DNA of 63,997 nt, filler included, from Folioceros fuciformis (taxonomy: Eukaryota), in the NCBI GenBank assembly GCA_049999805.1. It is 8 parts of 8 records of this genome, joined end to end, with 100 filler letters (N's around TTAATTAATTAA, not from the genome) between each part and the next. Parts side by side here need not be neighbours in the genome. Positions count along the whole stretch, not along the records: positions 1 to 29,212 come from JBNGIO010006317.1; 7 more parts are not named here. One strand, given 5' to 3'. The notes under the pieces are model-generated. The model was not told the origin of the DNA. It saw only the letters and a program-made list of their open reading frames with translations, and did no database searches. Below, one piece after another: positions 13,240-24,275 of this stretch (positions are counted from its first letter, which is position 1; the number at the start of each line of letters is the position of its first letter). Both the position numbers and the translations under genes were made by a program.

Positions 13240-13839
13240 ACATGTAGATTCTACATAGTATTAAAATACATGATTGCGGGGGATAGTTGTTGCAGGAAGT
13301 GCTGTTCATCAAGTCATGAGAGAAAAATGGTCTCCCCTCCATTTCTTTTCTCACTACATTTTCTCATAAATTCTCCATCCATTTAGTTCTTTATATATAT
13401 ATATATATATGGGTATGTATATATACACACACATAAGACTAACACTAGACACTAGGACTTGTGAGTTAATTCTTGGTAAATTGTCCAAGGCTTTAGGATA
13501 TAGAGTTATATAGGATAATGTTAGGATTAGGTCATAAGATTGAATCTCTTATGGCCTAATCCTATCTGGATACATCTATGGCCTTAAGGCATGACAATAT
13601 TTCATGTAGGCATATACAAGACTTGGGACTCACCATTTGATGATTTATAGAATCCTTATACAACATGCTTGGGTACATTATTCAAGGGTCATGTTGTCAA
13701 GATTGTTAGACCATCATACTTAATACGTGCAAGCCATGTGGGAGTAGTTCAGTGCAAAGTTTTCAACCCTATCCAAGGCATCAAGCTCCTCAAGGGGCTT
13801 GAAAACTTGCATCTTTCCAACCTACACAACTCCAATAAT

Positions 13840-15347
13840 ATGGCAATAGGCTTTAGAGTCAATAACATATGTCTTGGGATCTTTGTCATCCTAGTGGTGT
13901 GGTTTGGAAATCTAGGGAATTCAGCCAAACTCCTTGACTTCCTCCGGATGCCCTTGCAACACATAGATACGTTGGACTCTCCTCTACGTCAAGTTTTCAA
14001 CTCCAGAGCAGAGGAGATTCGTCATCTTCTGGAAAGGGATGCCAATAGGATTGGCTTCACAAGTAGTAGAAGAATCCTTTCACAGGGTATTGAGGGAGCT
14101 CGTCTGCAATCTCAACGTTATGGTGATACCAAATTTGTAATTCGAACTGCTGGACCACCGAGCATTCATCTCAACTTGTAGTCACAGCTCATCTCTGGTG
14201 CCTCGTTCAGAACTGGGAGCTACCTCGTAGATTTCCACCTCGGTACACCACCCACAAAGTTGTCTTTGATTTTGGACACTAGGAGTGACCTTATATGGAC
14301 GCAATGCCGGCCATGCATTAGGTGCTACAAGCAGATTGATGCCTTGTTTAAGGCCAAGTTGTCATCATCCTTTGCCAATGTTTCTTGCAATGCACAACAA
14401 TGTTTTCTGGTTGCAACTCCTACAGGTCCCCTAACTTGTGATGATTTGAGTCACGAGCCTTGCCAATATTTATACCAGTACGGAGATGGTTCTTCCACGT
14501 ATGGGATACTTGCCTCAGAGATGGTGACTCTTAAGTCTATGAGTATCGAAGGAGAGCTAAATCAAATGTCAAGATCCCTGGCGTGGTCTTTGGGTGTGGG
14601 AATTCCAATGTAGGAAGCTTTGGGATGGCTTATAGTGTTCTGGGTCTTGGGTAAGGACCTCTTTCTTTCCCACAACAAATTATGGCTTCATACGGGACCA
14701 AGTTCTCATACTGCTTCATGGATTTTAGAGACCCTAACACAATTAAGTCTTTCATCATGTTTGGGGAGCAAAGCGACGAGGTCTTAGAAAACAAGGCATC
14801 TATGAATAAACATGATGCGCAGTACACGACGGTGGTGGAGAATGAGGTGGCACCCACTGAATATTTTGTGGAGATTATGAATGTTTCAGTGGCAGGGAAG
14901 AATGTTCCTATCAACCCTGTAGCATTCGCTACCAATAGCACCAAGGGGTTTGGTGGAACGTTCTTCGACTCTGGTGTTACTGTCACGTACTTTGTGACTG
15001 AGGGCTATAATGCCATAATAAGTACATTTGAGAAAGTTATTGATTATCCTAGGTCTGATCAGACTATTGTGCCTATTTTGACTTTGTGCTTCAAGGCTCA
15101 TGGTGATGTGGGAAGCTTGAACTTGCCCCTTTTGAGCTTGGAGTTTAGGGGTGGTGCAACCTTTGCACCAACCGAGAGTAATTTGTATTTGGAGATTCAA
15201 GATGGAATTAAGTGTTTAGCCATTGCTGATGGAAGTCCATCTAGGACCAACGTCCTCGGCAACCTCATCCAACAAAATTTTCTTATGGTTCATGATACTA
15301 GCAAAAAGAGGATTGGTTTTGCGAAAGCTAATTGTGCAACTTTGTAA
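13840..15347 (+). pseudogene. Intronless nepenthesin-like A1 aspartic protease pseudogene
   Basis: Signal peptide from ATG 13840; GSYLVDFHLGTPP...LDTRSDLIWTQC (DTG changed to DTR); CQYLYQYGDGS; KFSYC; FFDSGVTVTYF; GNLIQQNF...IGFAKANC*. In-frame TAG at 14179, frameshift near 14560, TAA at ~14652. Confidence 0.9.
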
Positions 15348-16022
15348 GCTTACGCTCTCTCTTTGCAAGACTTGATTGTCATACAATAGCTTTGAATTGT
15401 AGCTTGTCTCTCTCATTGCTAAATCTAATTAGGATTTTTCATCTTTGTAGGCTCTCTTTTTTGTGAGAGGCATTTGTGTTCCTTTGTTGGTTCAAAACTC
15501 TCTAATTAATTGCAATAGCTAATAGTACCTTAAAATATTAAACTCCTCGTAACCTTCAAGTTCCATAGCTTTCAAATATAACTCCACCCTATTCTACAAG
15601 TGCCCATGTTCAAACAACCCTTGCCAACTAGCTAAACAAAAGATTTGAGTGCAATATACATGAGGGACAAATTATAGAACCCATAGTCCGTGAAATCCTT
15701 ACAAGGAAATGCCTAATTAATCATCCATATTCTCATTTCCATCCAATTTGAGATTGGCTTTGACCTCTAAAAGCTAACATATGTAGGGAGAAGTCACTTA
15801 TGTAGACCTACAAAGACCTATCACCAAGAATATTGTCTATGGACCTTCTCACCGATGGCATTAATTGCGTCCACTCTAAGAGCTAAGTTAGAAAACTTTT
15901 CCACGGGTAGTAGGACAAACCCGCAGCCCCAATCACCCATTGAGTATGCAAGGTTTTATCTTGCTTATTGGTTCAACCAATCATAACCCCCATGCACCCC
16001 CTATTTGTGTAGGTTTGAATTA

Positions 16023-18887
16023 TGTGGTGCTTGTCGCGCACCCAGAGGCAAAGTCCGCACCATAGGTCACGTCCGTCAGCGAAGAATGGCGAACTGACAG
16101 AAAGCCCAGGCGCTGAACTATGCCAAAGCGATGACTGGACTCATAGAATCCCTTGGGGAGTCTTACCGGGCCGGCGCTCGCGTCGAACCATTCAGTGGAC
16201 TCCGTCTGGAAGGTCGAGGATGATGGAAACGGGGTGAGGCGAGAATGGTAAGCGGAGGTAGAGAGTGCGAGGTGGGAACATGAAGTGGTAGATGCTCAGA
16301 GGGATGCTCTGGTCCAGGTGCTTGCCTCGGAGCATTCCTAACTGGCCGTTGCAGCAAGGCTTACCGAGTTTGTCTCTCGAATGTCGGAGTCATTCCACAA
16401 TCTGTTATAAGTGCTACGAACTCGATCATCGGACGAGAGAGTGTAAACACTTGTGATCCAATGGAGAGCGGGGCCCCCTCGGCGACGCAAGCCTTGAGAC
16501 ACACTCCAGAGATGGTGGGCAAGTGGGGGAAGATGGAGAAGAGAAAAAGAGACTGGACACGAGCTTAGCACAATTTGAGGCCCCTGCTATGATAGCAGGT
16601 CCGTCCTTTATAGCAAAAGTGGGCTCTTAGCTCGAGAGACAACTATAAATGCAAAGTTATCCTAAGACTTGGGCAGGCTAGTCCTGCTAAACAACAGCTG
16701 GCTCATCTTAATGAGTCAACGGTGGAGTGGGCGATGTGGGGCCAGAAGAGGAATTCGCGGGAGATCTTTGTGTCGGTGAGGCGGGTCCCGGAGAAGATTC
16801 TGCCCCTCCAATCGCTATTAGCAGATGGGCAGAGCCAGCTTGAGGAGTTTGGACCAACAGCTGGAGGTCCGGCGAGGAAGGCCCGGCGGCGGGGTGGATT
16901 GCTCGGAGCCGTCCGTCCGCCCGTAGGTGTTGGTCTTGTCAACATCGCCTTCGCCGTTTTGGTAAGGACCTATAGTACCTCCCCATGAAAGAAAGGGTGA
17001 TTATCATCCAATTGTTGGATGTCGTCAAGTACCATCCTTTGGAGGGTCCTGTACTTCGGTCGCTATCGTGCCTTCGGGATTTTAGCGTGTTGAGCCGCGA
17101 CAGTGTTGCCATGTTGACGGAGTTCTTCCAAGGCTACGGAGGTGCCTCTTGCTGATTCTCGAAGATGGAGAGCGGACACAGCTTCGGACTGAGCCTGAAG
17201 TAGGGTGACCTCACGCTGGTCCTCCTGGACCTCGTAGTCAGCCAACTGCGCTTGCAACTCCTCAGCCTTGCTTCGGAAGCTGTTCGCTCGGTCGAGGAGT
17301 TGCTTCTGCTCCTACTCCTAGACTTCTCCATGACTCTGCATGGTCTCGCGAGTTTGGGTGAGCTCCGTCTTCAAAGTGCGAACCTCCTCATGGGCAGCCT
17401 TTTCAGCCACCTGCGAAGTCCGCAATTTGGCTCGCATCTCTTCCACTTGCTGAACGACCTCTGCCAACTTCTTCGACTCGAAGGCCCGGTTGTGCTCCTT
17501 CCGATACTATTCCCTATCGGACGTATGCTGTGTACAGGCAGCCAAGGAGTTTGAGTCCCGTTTCCTCCACGCCTACCGCTCCTCAGCATGGATGGCCTCC
17601 ATCTCGGAGCACGTTCTCTCCAGCTCCCCCTAAGTGACTTCGAGTTGGTTCTCCAGGTCTGTGTGCTGGTTGGCGAGTTGGACCGTAAGGTCCGTTAGTT
17701 CTCGTAGGTAGCCGTCTCGCTCTTCTCAGTACCTGGTTGACTCCTCTAGCAGCTTAGTGCTATGCCTGGTTGCTTTCTCTCTTAAGTCGGATAACTGAGC
17801 AGCTAGCTCAGTTATCCTCTTTCAAAGGGCGATGTTTTTGCCCTCCCGTGCCGCCACCTATCTGAAGGACCATGCAAGTCCTTCTGCCACACTAGCCACA
17901 ATTCCTTGGGCTGCTTGTGTGGCACTGGGAGGTAACTTGGCCCTCCCAAAGGACGTCGAGATTGCCCTCCTCATGGGCTCTAGGTCCATGATGCCTTCGT
18001 CGATCAAACCCTCCAGGACTATTGATCGCGGGAGAGCTCTCCGGTGATCCTCTTCCTCTTGGGCCGGAGTAGGAGCCAATCGAGGAACCAGAGGTAGGAT
18101 CACTTCGGCGGCAAGTGAACTAGGTGAGCGTGGACCCTTCCCCTTCTTTCGGCCTCGTGGCAAGTGAGGCCATTTAACATCGGAGGGTCCGATGCCATGC
18201 TTCTCATTGTAGTCCAACTGGGCCGCCAAGCGGACCAGCTCCATGCGGTCTGCTTCTTCCTGGGTCTTGGGTGTTGGGGCTGGAGTGGACTATAGGAGCT
18301 AGGAAATCCTCTGGCTCCAGCGTTGAGCTTCCAGTGGTTGCCGATCTCCAAGAATTGCCTTGGCGACATGGTGGAAGTCAGGAAGGCGTTGAGGGTGAGG
18401 ACAAAGGTGAAGGTGAAGGTCGTAGGGACACAGTAGGAAGCGGGCGTGGAGATGTCGTGCGAGCGTGGTGAGTCGGAGTGACAAAATGAAAGATGAGTGA
18501 GGGGTGAGAAGCGAGAGGAAGGTCAAGGGAAGTATGGGGCGTATCGGCCGGCGTAAGCAAGAGTAAGGCAAGAGTAAGCACTTACGCTCCAGCACAAGTA
18601 CGCCTACAACCGTCCATGGTGGTTACACCTTGCCATCTACATGATGTCAAAGTACTCGTTCTTGATCGAACTGTCCTGACTGTCAGTTCGGCGGCCGATT
18701 CAGTGGGATAGACTCCGACATGCTGGATACTCTGAAAACTCGACTCCGCTGTAACTTTTCTCTAGTCCGCCTAATTTGGTCGGTCTCCGGAAAATAACTC
18801 CAGTGTATTATCAAAGTAGAGCTCTGATAGGTATTTTGGGGCTGACTGTGCCAAACCACTTTGTGAGTTGCAGAGGGCCATATCACA
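16023..18887 (-). mobile_element. 2.9-kb solo-LTR-like insertion carrying a decayed long coiled-coil ORF
   Basis: GC-rich block in AT-rich flanks with TGTG...CACA termini and flanks aatta/aaata (4/5 TSD); minus-strand TATAAA plus CT-rich tract at ~16610-16520; ORFs at 17858-18244, 17063-17257 and 16703-16945 share one frame. Confidence 0.55.
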
Positions 18888-20609
18888 AAATATGTTCCAC
18901 GTGAAGTTGTTCAAATCTTATTGCAATCTCCTCAAGTCCATCTTAGTGGGCGCCAATGGGGAAAGGATGGTTTGACCATCTTTTTCTCTTTTGATGATCA
19001 TCTTCTCCCCACACATCTTGCGTATCTTCCCAAGAATATGTTCTTGTGAATCTTAGGAACAACATAATGATCCTTGTGATTGTTAGCATCTTGAACAATA
19101 ACCTCATGTTGGTGTGTATTAACACGAATTAGCTCTTGTCCAAGGGTGCATCGAGTGAACATTGGTGCGCACAAGTGCACACCACCAACCCATTGGCATG
19201 CCCAAGTGTGTGTCACGATACCACTGGTGAGTGTAAGTGTAGTGTGGAAGATCACTGGCAAGCGCAAATGTGTGCCATGAGTCCAGTAATGCATGCAACT
19301 ACTGCTAGGAGTCTACTAGCACATGCAAGTACATACCCAAGATCCTTTCAATGTGCACTAATGACCTCAAAGAACCCATTAGCAGAACCCTTGAAACCAA
19401 CAAGTGCATGCAAGCTCACCTTGGAAGTTAGCTTGGAAGTCAGCTGATACGAGAACAACCAAGAATTCTTGTAGCCATTGTCTAGATCAACATGTTTGGT
19501 TCCACCAAGAATATTGTCCTTAACATTGAGATAGTGATTGTAAATTCAGCCGCAAGTAGCTACCAAAGAATTGCAAGCAATATCATATAAAGTTTGATTC
19601 TACATTGACCTTAGGGTGCAGAAAGCAAATGTTAGCCAAGGTTCAAGATTTAAGGGATGGCTGGCATGCTTGGCTTTAGGCTAAGTCTCTTCTTCATGCA
19701 TCAAATTATTATTGTTGCCACATACAAGATAAAGCTAGCATAACTAATGCCTTAAGGATTTTTGCAAGTCTATGGACAAATATGTTCTTATCATTTTGTG
19801 GGCTTGATTTTGTGTTCTCGATGACCATAGAGTAGGGTTTTTCGTGTTTAGGGAGAGCCCTTATACATAATGTCCCTCACCTTTTGAGTAGCACATGGAA
19901 GTAATGGCAAATTCCTAGGTTGTTTCCAACTACTGTAGTAATTGGTAAGAGTTAACCTTGTAGACATGGCTTTTGCTACCACCAACTTCATAGTTGGAGG
20001 AAGATAAGTTATGTATTTTCCCCTAAACCCTCACGTGTTCAGCATCAACCAAAGATCTTTGGTCATCCCACATTCTAAGCCCATCAAACCAATGTGCCAC
20101 TTTCAATGTTTGCTTCAATAGCCCTATTTTGGTTTCTTTAAAATAGGAAGTTTTACTACATGAAGTTCATACAAATATACAATATTTTTTTATTTTTTAT
20201 TTGCTCTACGAAACTTATTTGACAATGAGAAGTACTATTAATGTAAGAAGATGTTTAAATACGTATATATAAATAAAATCTAGATAATTTATATTTCTTA
20301 GATAATTTCAAATCGAATATCCTTGTGTGTTTAAAGAATATATTAATGTATATATATATGTAGAGCATAAAACTTTAATTGTCCTAAAAAAATATTCTTA
20401 ACATGTAGAGCTGCATGATTCTATTACATTTAGTAAAATGAAAACAAACATTTGGGTACATAAGTCATAATCAAACTCAATGTTTCAATATTTTTAGAGA
20501 CTAAAGCTTTATTTCACTTGTATGGAAATCTCAAGGCTTAATAGATACTCGACCACGATTACTTGCTGTTCTCACAATCTCATAGCCAAGCATTGATCAA
20601 GAGATGTTG

Positions 20610-21092
20610 CTAAAATTGATATCCTTCGAATGGAGTTGGAAGGAAAGTAGGAGACCCAAAAGCAATGAAGTTGTAATCCGAGTACTTGATAAAACAACCT
20701 TCTTCCAATATGACAAATCCTCCTACTTGAAAAAGACAAGATGACATTGTTAGACTCACTGCTTTCTGAAAATAAAGAGAACAGTCTTCTGCATGGTTTA
20801 TAGTAGAAGGTTTATCTGAGATGCAGTGAGCTAGAGACCATAATATTGGTTCGATTGAACTGGTGGTCTCTAATGTGATAAGCTTTGTTTCTCTTTGTGG
20901 AAACAACTCAACAGCGCCAGTAATTGATGCTTCAGTGACCCGAAATACCTCGCTGTGGTGACTGAAAACGAAGAGTGGATTGATAATACCATCACAATCT
21001 GGAGTGTTTAGTAAAGGGAATTCTAAAAACCCATAAGCGTTTTGAAAAATACTAGCCATCCAGAAAATTAATTCCAGTATTCTGGATTTCAT
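20610..21092 (-). CDS. Uncharacterised 160-aa ORF or exon, homologous to the ORF at 43993-44412
   Basis: Open ATG-initiated frame in AT-rich DNA; near-gapless hand alignment to 43993-44412 (PxCD, ExxxVT, FP, PxLxSxAxCIxD, SC....GGFxI). Confidence 0.55.
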   Translation of the reverse strand: MKSRILELIFWMASIFQNAYGFLEFPLLNTPDCDGIINPLFVFSHHSEVFRVTEASITGAVELFPQRETKLITLETTSSIEPILWSLAHCISDKPSTINHAEDCSLYFQKAVSLTMSSCLFQVGGFVILEEGCFIKYSDYNFIAFGSPTFLPTPFEGYQF

Positions 21093-21806
21093 ACTTAGGG
21101 ATCGATAATGTGTATCATCCTAAGTACATATATGTATATATACATGTGAAAGTAATATAAAATTCTTCTTTATGACTTGATAAAGTATATCTTGTCCAAA
21201 AGTATATGCAGCGGTATAATCCATATTCTTGTCTCTTAATATCTGCTAGAGTTATTCCAGATTTAAATTAAATAATAATAAAAACTTGCGAAAAAAGAAA
21301 GTAACGTTTCAGAAGAATTTACTAAACGGAAGCTGTAGTAATGACGTTGGGTGCAGTACAGAAGTCCGGAGTTTGACTTGTGCACGCAAGGCCACCTGAT
21401 GAGGATTGGTCGCTATGGTGGAAAGATGATGTGCACCGATTGGTGGATGTTTTTTCATGCTCGCTCTAAAGTCATGGTGTTGTGATCCACGCTGTAAAGT
21501 CACTTGGTGTGGCTTGATCTCCACGTACTGTGTGGGGTAATATGGGTTCCGTTTCTTGCGCCGCACGGGAGATGTCCAGGGTCGAGCATCGATACTTGAA
21601 TCTTCGTTGCCTTGGACTGCTGACCAGTGGTGGCGGTTGACGCATGAAGTGTGGGTGGACTCCGTAAAGCTCCTGGAGGTGATGATGAGCGGACGGATGC
21701 GTGTGAGGCGGTCGAGGAGGAGCAGACCATGAAGCGGAGTTGCGAAGAAAACCGAGGGTTTTCACGATTGACTGTCTGAGATTGAGAGACCAGGGCAGGT
21801 GATCAC

Positions 21807-23684
21807 ATGATGCCGGAGCGCCCGTCGCTCACAGCGCAGCTGCAGCTGGCGTTGCAGCGGGCTTTGAGCAATAGTGGATCCGGGCTTGGGAACGGGAACG
21901 GGAATGGGAATGGCGATGGGAGTGGCGGCAGTAGCAGGAGTGGGAGTGGCCACGGCTCGGAGAGCAGGTTGCATGAGAACGGGGCGAGGAGTGTGGGAGC
22001 GTCTTCCTCGGACGCGGGGTCTCCTTCCCCTTCGCACTCCGGGAGCGCGGAGCCTTTGTGGCTGGAGGATCGGAGCTACGAGCACGAGCAGCGGCGGCAG
22101 AATCTGGCGTACTTGGAGCACATGCTGACGGACGGGGCTGGTTTGAAGGACCCAGATGAGATGGAGGTCACGGGCCTGCTGGCGTACCAGGTAATGCACA
22201 GCGAGTTTGCGGATATGATCGGGGATGTGGCCACACGACTCGGTATTTCTGACAGTGATTCTCCCTCTTCTGTGCGGGCCTCGTCTGGGGACGGGATTGT
22301 GGACGATTGGATCTCGTCCGTGCTCAATGCTTCTTTGCCTCAGACGCCGAATGACTGCGGGCCTGTCCTGCCGTCTCCTTCCTCCCCTCTCCTTCTCCAA
22401 GCTGACCCCTTCCCGATTTCGGTGCCAGAGTACGGCCACCGTGCAGGAGACGGCCAGGATGATGCGGCGCGTGCCGGGACGGTGCCTGATGCCTCTTCTC
22501 AGGATTTAGGGTTTGACGATGTCAAGTTCGTGGTGATGGAGTGTGCCAAGGCTGTGCTTGAGGACGATGTGCCCGTTGCCACCAGGCTGGCGAGTTATGT
22601 GCGGGAGTTTGCAACTCCTCATGGCTCCAGCCTGCAGAGACTAACGCATTACGTCATAGATGCGCTGTTGGCTAAGCTGTATGGCACAGGAGCGGATTTG
22701 TATACTGCCCTGAGCAACGGGCAGCTGGTGGTGCATCCCTCTCCAAAATTTCATGAGCTCATGTCCACCAGACACCCCAAGGCTCGATTGGGGTACCAGT
22801 TTGCTTACAATGTTTTTCTGGATGCGTTTGAAGGAGCAGACAGTGTACATATCATTGACTATGGAATCATGGCCGGGGGCCAGTGGCCTGGCTTGCTGCA
22901 GGCTCTTGCTAAACGTCCTGGAGGACCTCCGAAGGTGCGGATTACGGGTATAGAGTTGCCGCACCCTGGCTTGAACCCTGATGAGAAGGTCAAGGAAACT
23001 GGACGATTCCTCTGTCAGGTTGCAGCCAGTCTCGGGATCAATTTCCAGTTCAAGGGGTTTGCGGATAAGTGGGAGAGTGTGCAGATTTCTTCTCTAGGTA
23101 TCCGGGGGGATGAAGTGCTTGCTGTGTGCTGCATGTATCGGCTGCGGAATCTGCTCGATGAGAGTGTGGTGGCGTCCAATCCCCGGAAGACTGTGCTGGA
23201 AAGGATTTCCAGAATGAAGCCCAAGGTATTCGTGACAGGAATCATGAATGCTCCGTTGAACTCGCCTTTACTGATGGCCAGGATCCCTGAAGTTTTTTCG
23301 CATGGAGCGGCCTACTTTGACTTTCTGGAGACTTCCATGTCTAACCTTCCCGCAGAACGACTGTATTTGGAGCAAGAGCTGTTGGGCCGTTTCGTTCTGA
23401 ATGTTATTGCCTGTGAGGGGTTGGCAAGAATGGAGCGGTGTGAGACGTATTATCAGTGGCACAGGCGACTGGTGAATGCTGGTCTACAATGTGTACCAAT
23501 GAAGCAGAGTTGGTTTGACATGAGCAATGAGATATTGCGAGACTACGATAGGAACTGGACAGTTGGTGAGGATCGTGGGTGGACGCTTCTTGCCTGGAAG
23601 CGCAATGTTATGCAGGCTTATTCTGTCTGGGAACCATTGGCACTACCCACTGCAGGTAAGATAAGTTTCCGGAACTTGAAGTGA
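21807..23684 (+). CDS. GRAS-family transcription factor, LISCL (SCL9/SCL14-like) type, intronless, 625 aa
   Basis: VHIID core SVHIIDYGIMAGGQWPGLLQALAKRPGGPPKVRITGIELP; LRNLLDESVVASNPRKTVL; NVIACEGLARMERCETYYQW; SAW-like YSVW; low-complexity N-terminus. Confidence 0.93.
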   Translation: MMPERPSLTAQLQLALQRALSNSGSGLGNGNGNGNGDGSGGSSRSGSGHGSESRLHENGARSVGASSSDAGSPSPSHSGSAEPLWLEDRSYEHEQRRQNLAYLEHMLTDGAGLKDPDEMEVTGLLAYQVMHSEFADMIGDVATRLGISDSDSPSSVRASSGDGIVDDWISSVLNASLPQTPNDCGPVLPSPSSPLLLQADPFPISVPEYGHRAGDGQDDAARAGTVPDASSQDLGFDDVKFVVMECAKAVLEDDVPVATRLASYVREFATPHGSSLQRLTHYVIDALLAKLYGTGADLYTALSNGQLVVHPSPKFHELMSTRHPKARLGYQFAYNVFLDAFEGADSVHIIDYGIMAGGQWPGLLQALAKRPGGPPKVRITGIELPHPGLNPDEKVKETGRFLCQVAASLGINFQFKGFADKWESVQISSLGIRGDEVLAVCCMYRLRNLLDESVVASNPRKTVLERISRMKPKVFVTGIMNAPLNSPLLMARIPEVFSHGAAYFDFLETSMSNLPAERLYLEQELLGRFVLNVIACEGLARMERCETYYQWHRRLVNAGLQCVPMKQSWFDMSNEILRDYDRNWTVGEDRGWTLLAWKRNVMQAYSVWEPLALPTAGKISFRNLK

Positions 23685-24275
23685 AGGTTCTCTTGACTAA
23701 GATCTTAAGGCATGGAGATCTGGATGGAAAGACAGGCTTAATGGCGAATGCTGCTCCACAATGTGTACCGATGAAGCAGAGTTGGTTTGACATGAGCCGT
23801 GAGCTATTGCGTGACTACGATATGAACTGGACAGTTGGTGAGGATCTTGAGTGGACGCTTCTTGCGTGGAAGCCCACTGTTATGCCGGCTTATTCGGTCT
23901 GGGAAACAGTGGCCCTACCAACTGCAGGTAAGATAAAGTTTCCTGAACTTGAAGTGAAGGGTTCTCTTGACTGAGATCTTAAGGCATGGAGATCTGGATG
24001 GAGAGAAAGGCTTACTGGCGAATGCTGGTCTGCAATGTGCACCAATGAAGCAGATTTGGGTTGACATGAGCAATGAGCTATTGCGTGACTACGATAGGAA
24101 GTGGACAGTTGGTGAGGGTCGTGGGTGGACGCTTCTTGCGTGGAAGCGCACTGTTATGCTGGCTTACCCGGTCTGGAAACCAGTGGCACAACCAACTGCA
24201 GGTAAGAAAAAGTTTCCGGAATTTGAAGTGAAGGTTCTCTTGACTGAGATCTTAAGGAATGGAAATCTGGATAGA
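23475..24275 (+). repeat. Three tandem ~273-bp copies of the GRAS SAW-coding 3' end
   Basis: aatgctg(g/c)tc...caatgtg...atgaagcag begins at 23475, 23747 and 24021; each copy encodes NAGLQCVPMKQSWFDMS...WTVGEDRGWTLLAWK...YSVW. Confidence 0.95.
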
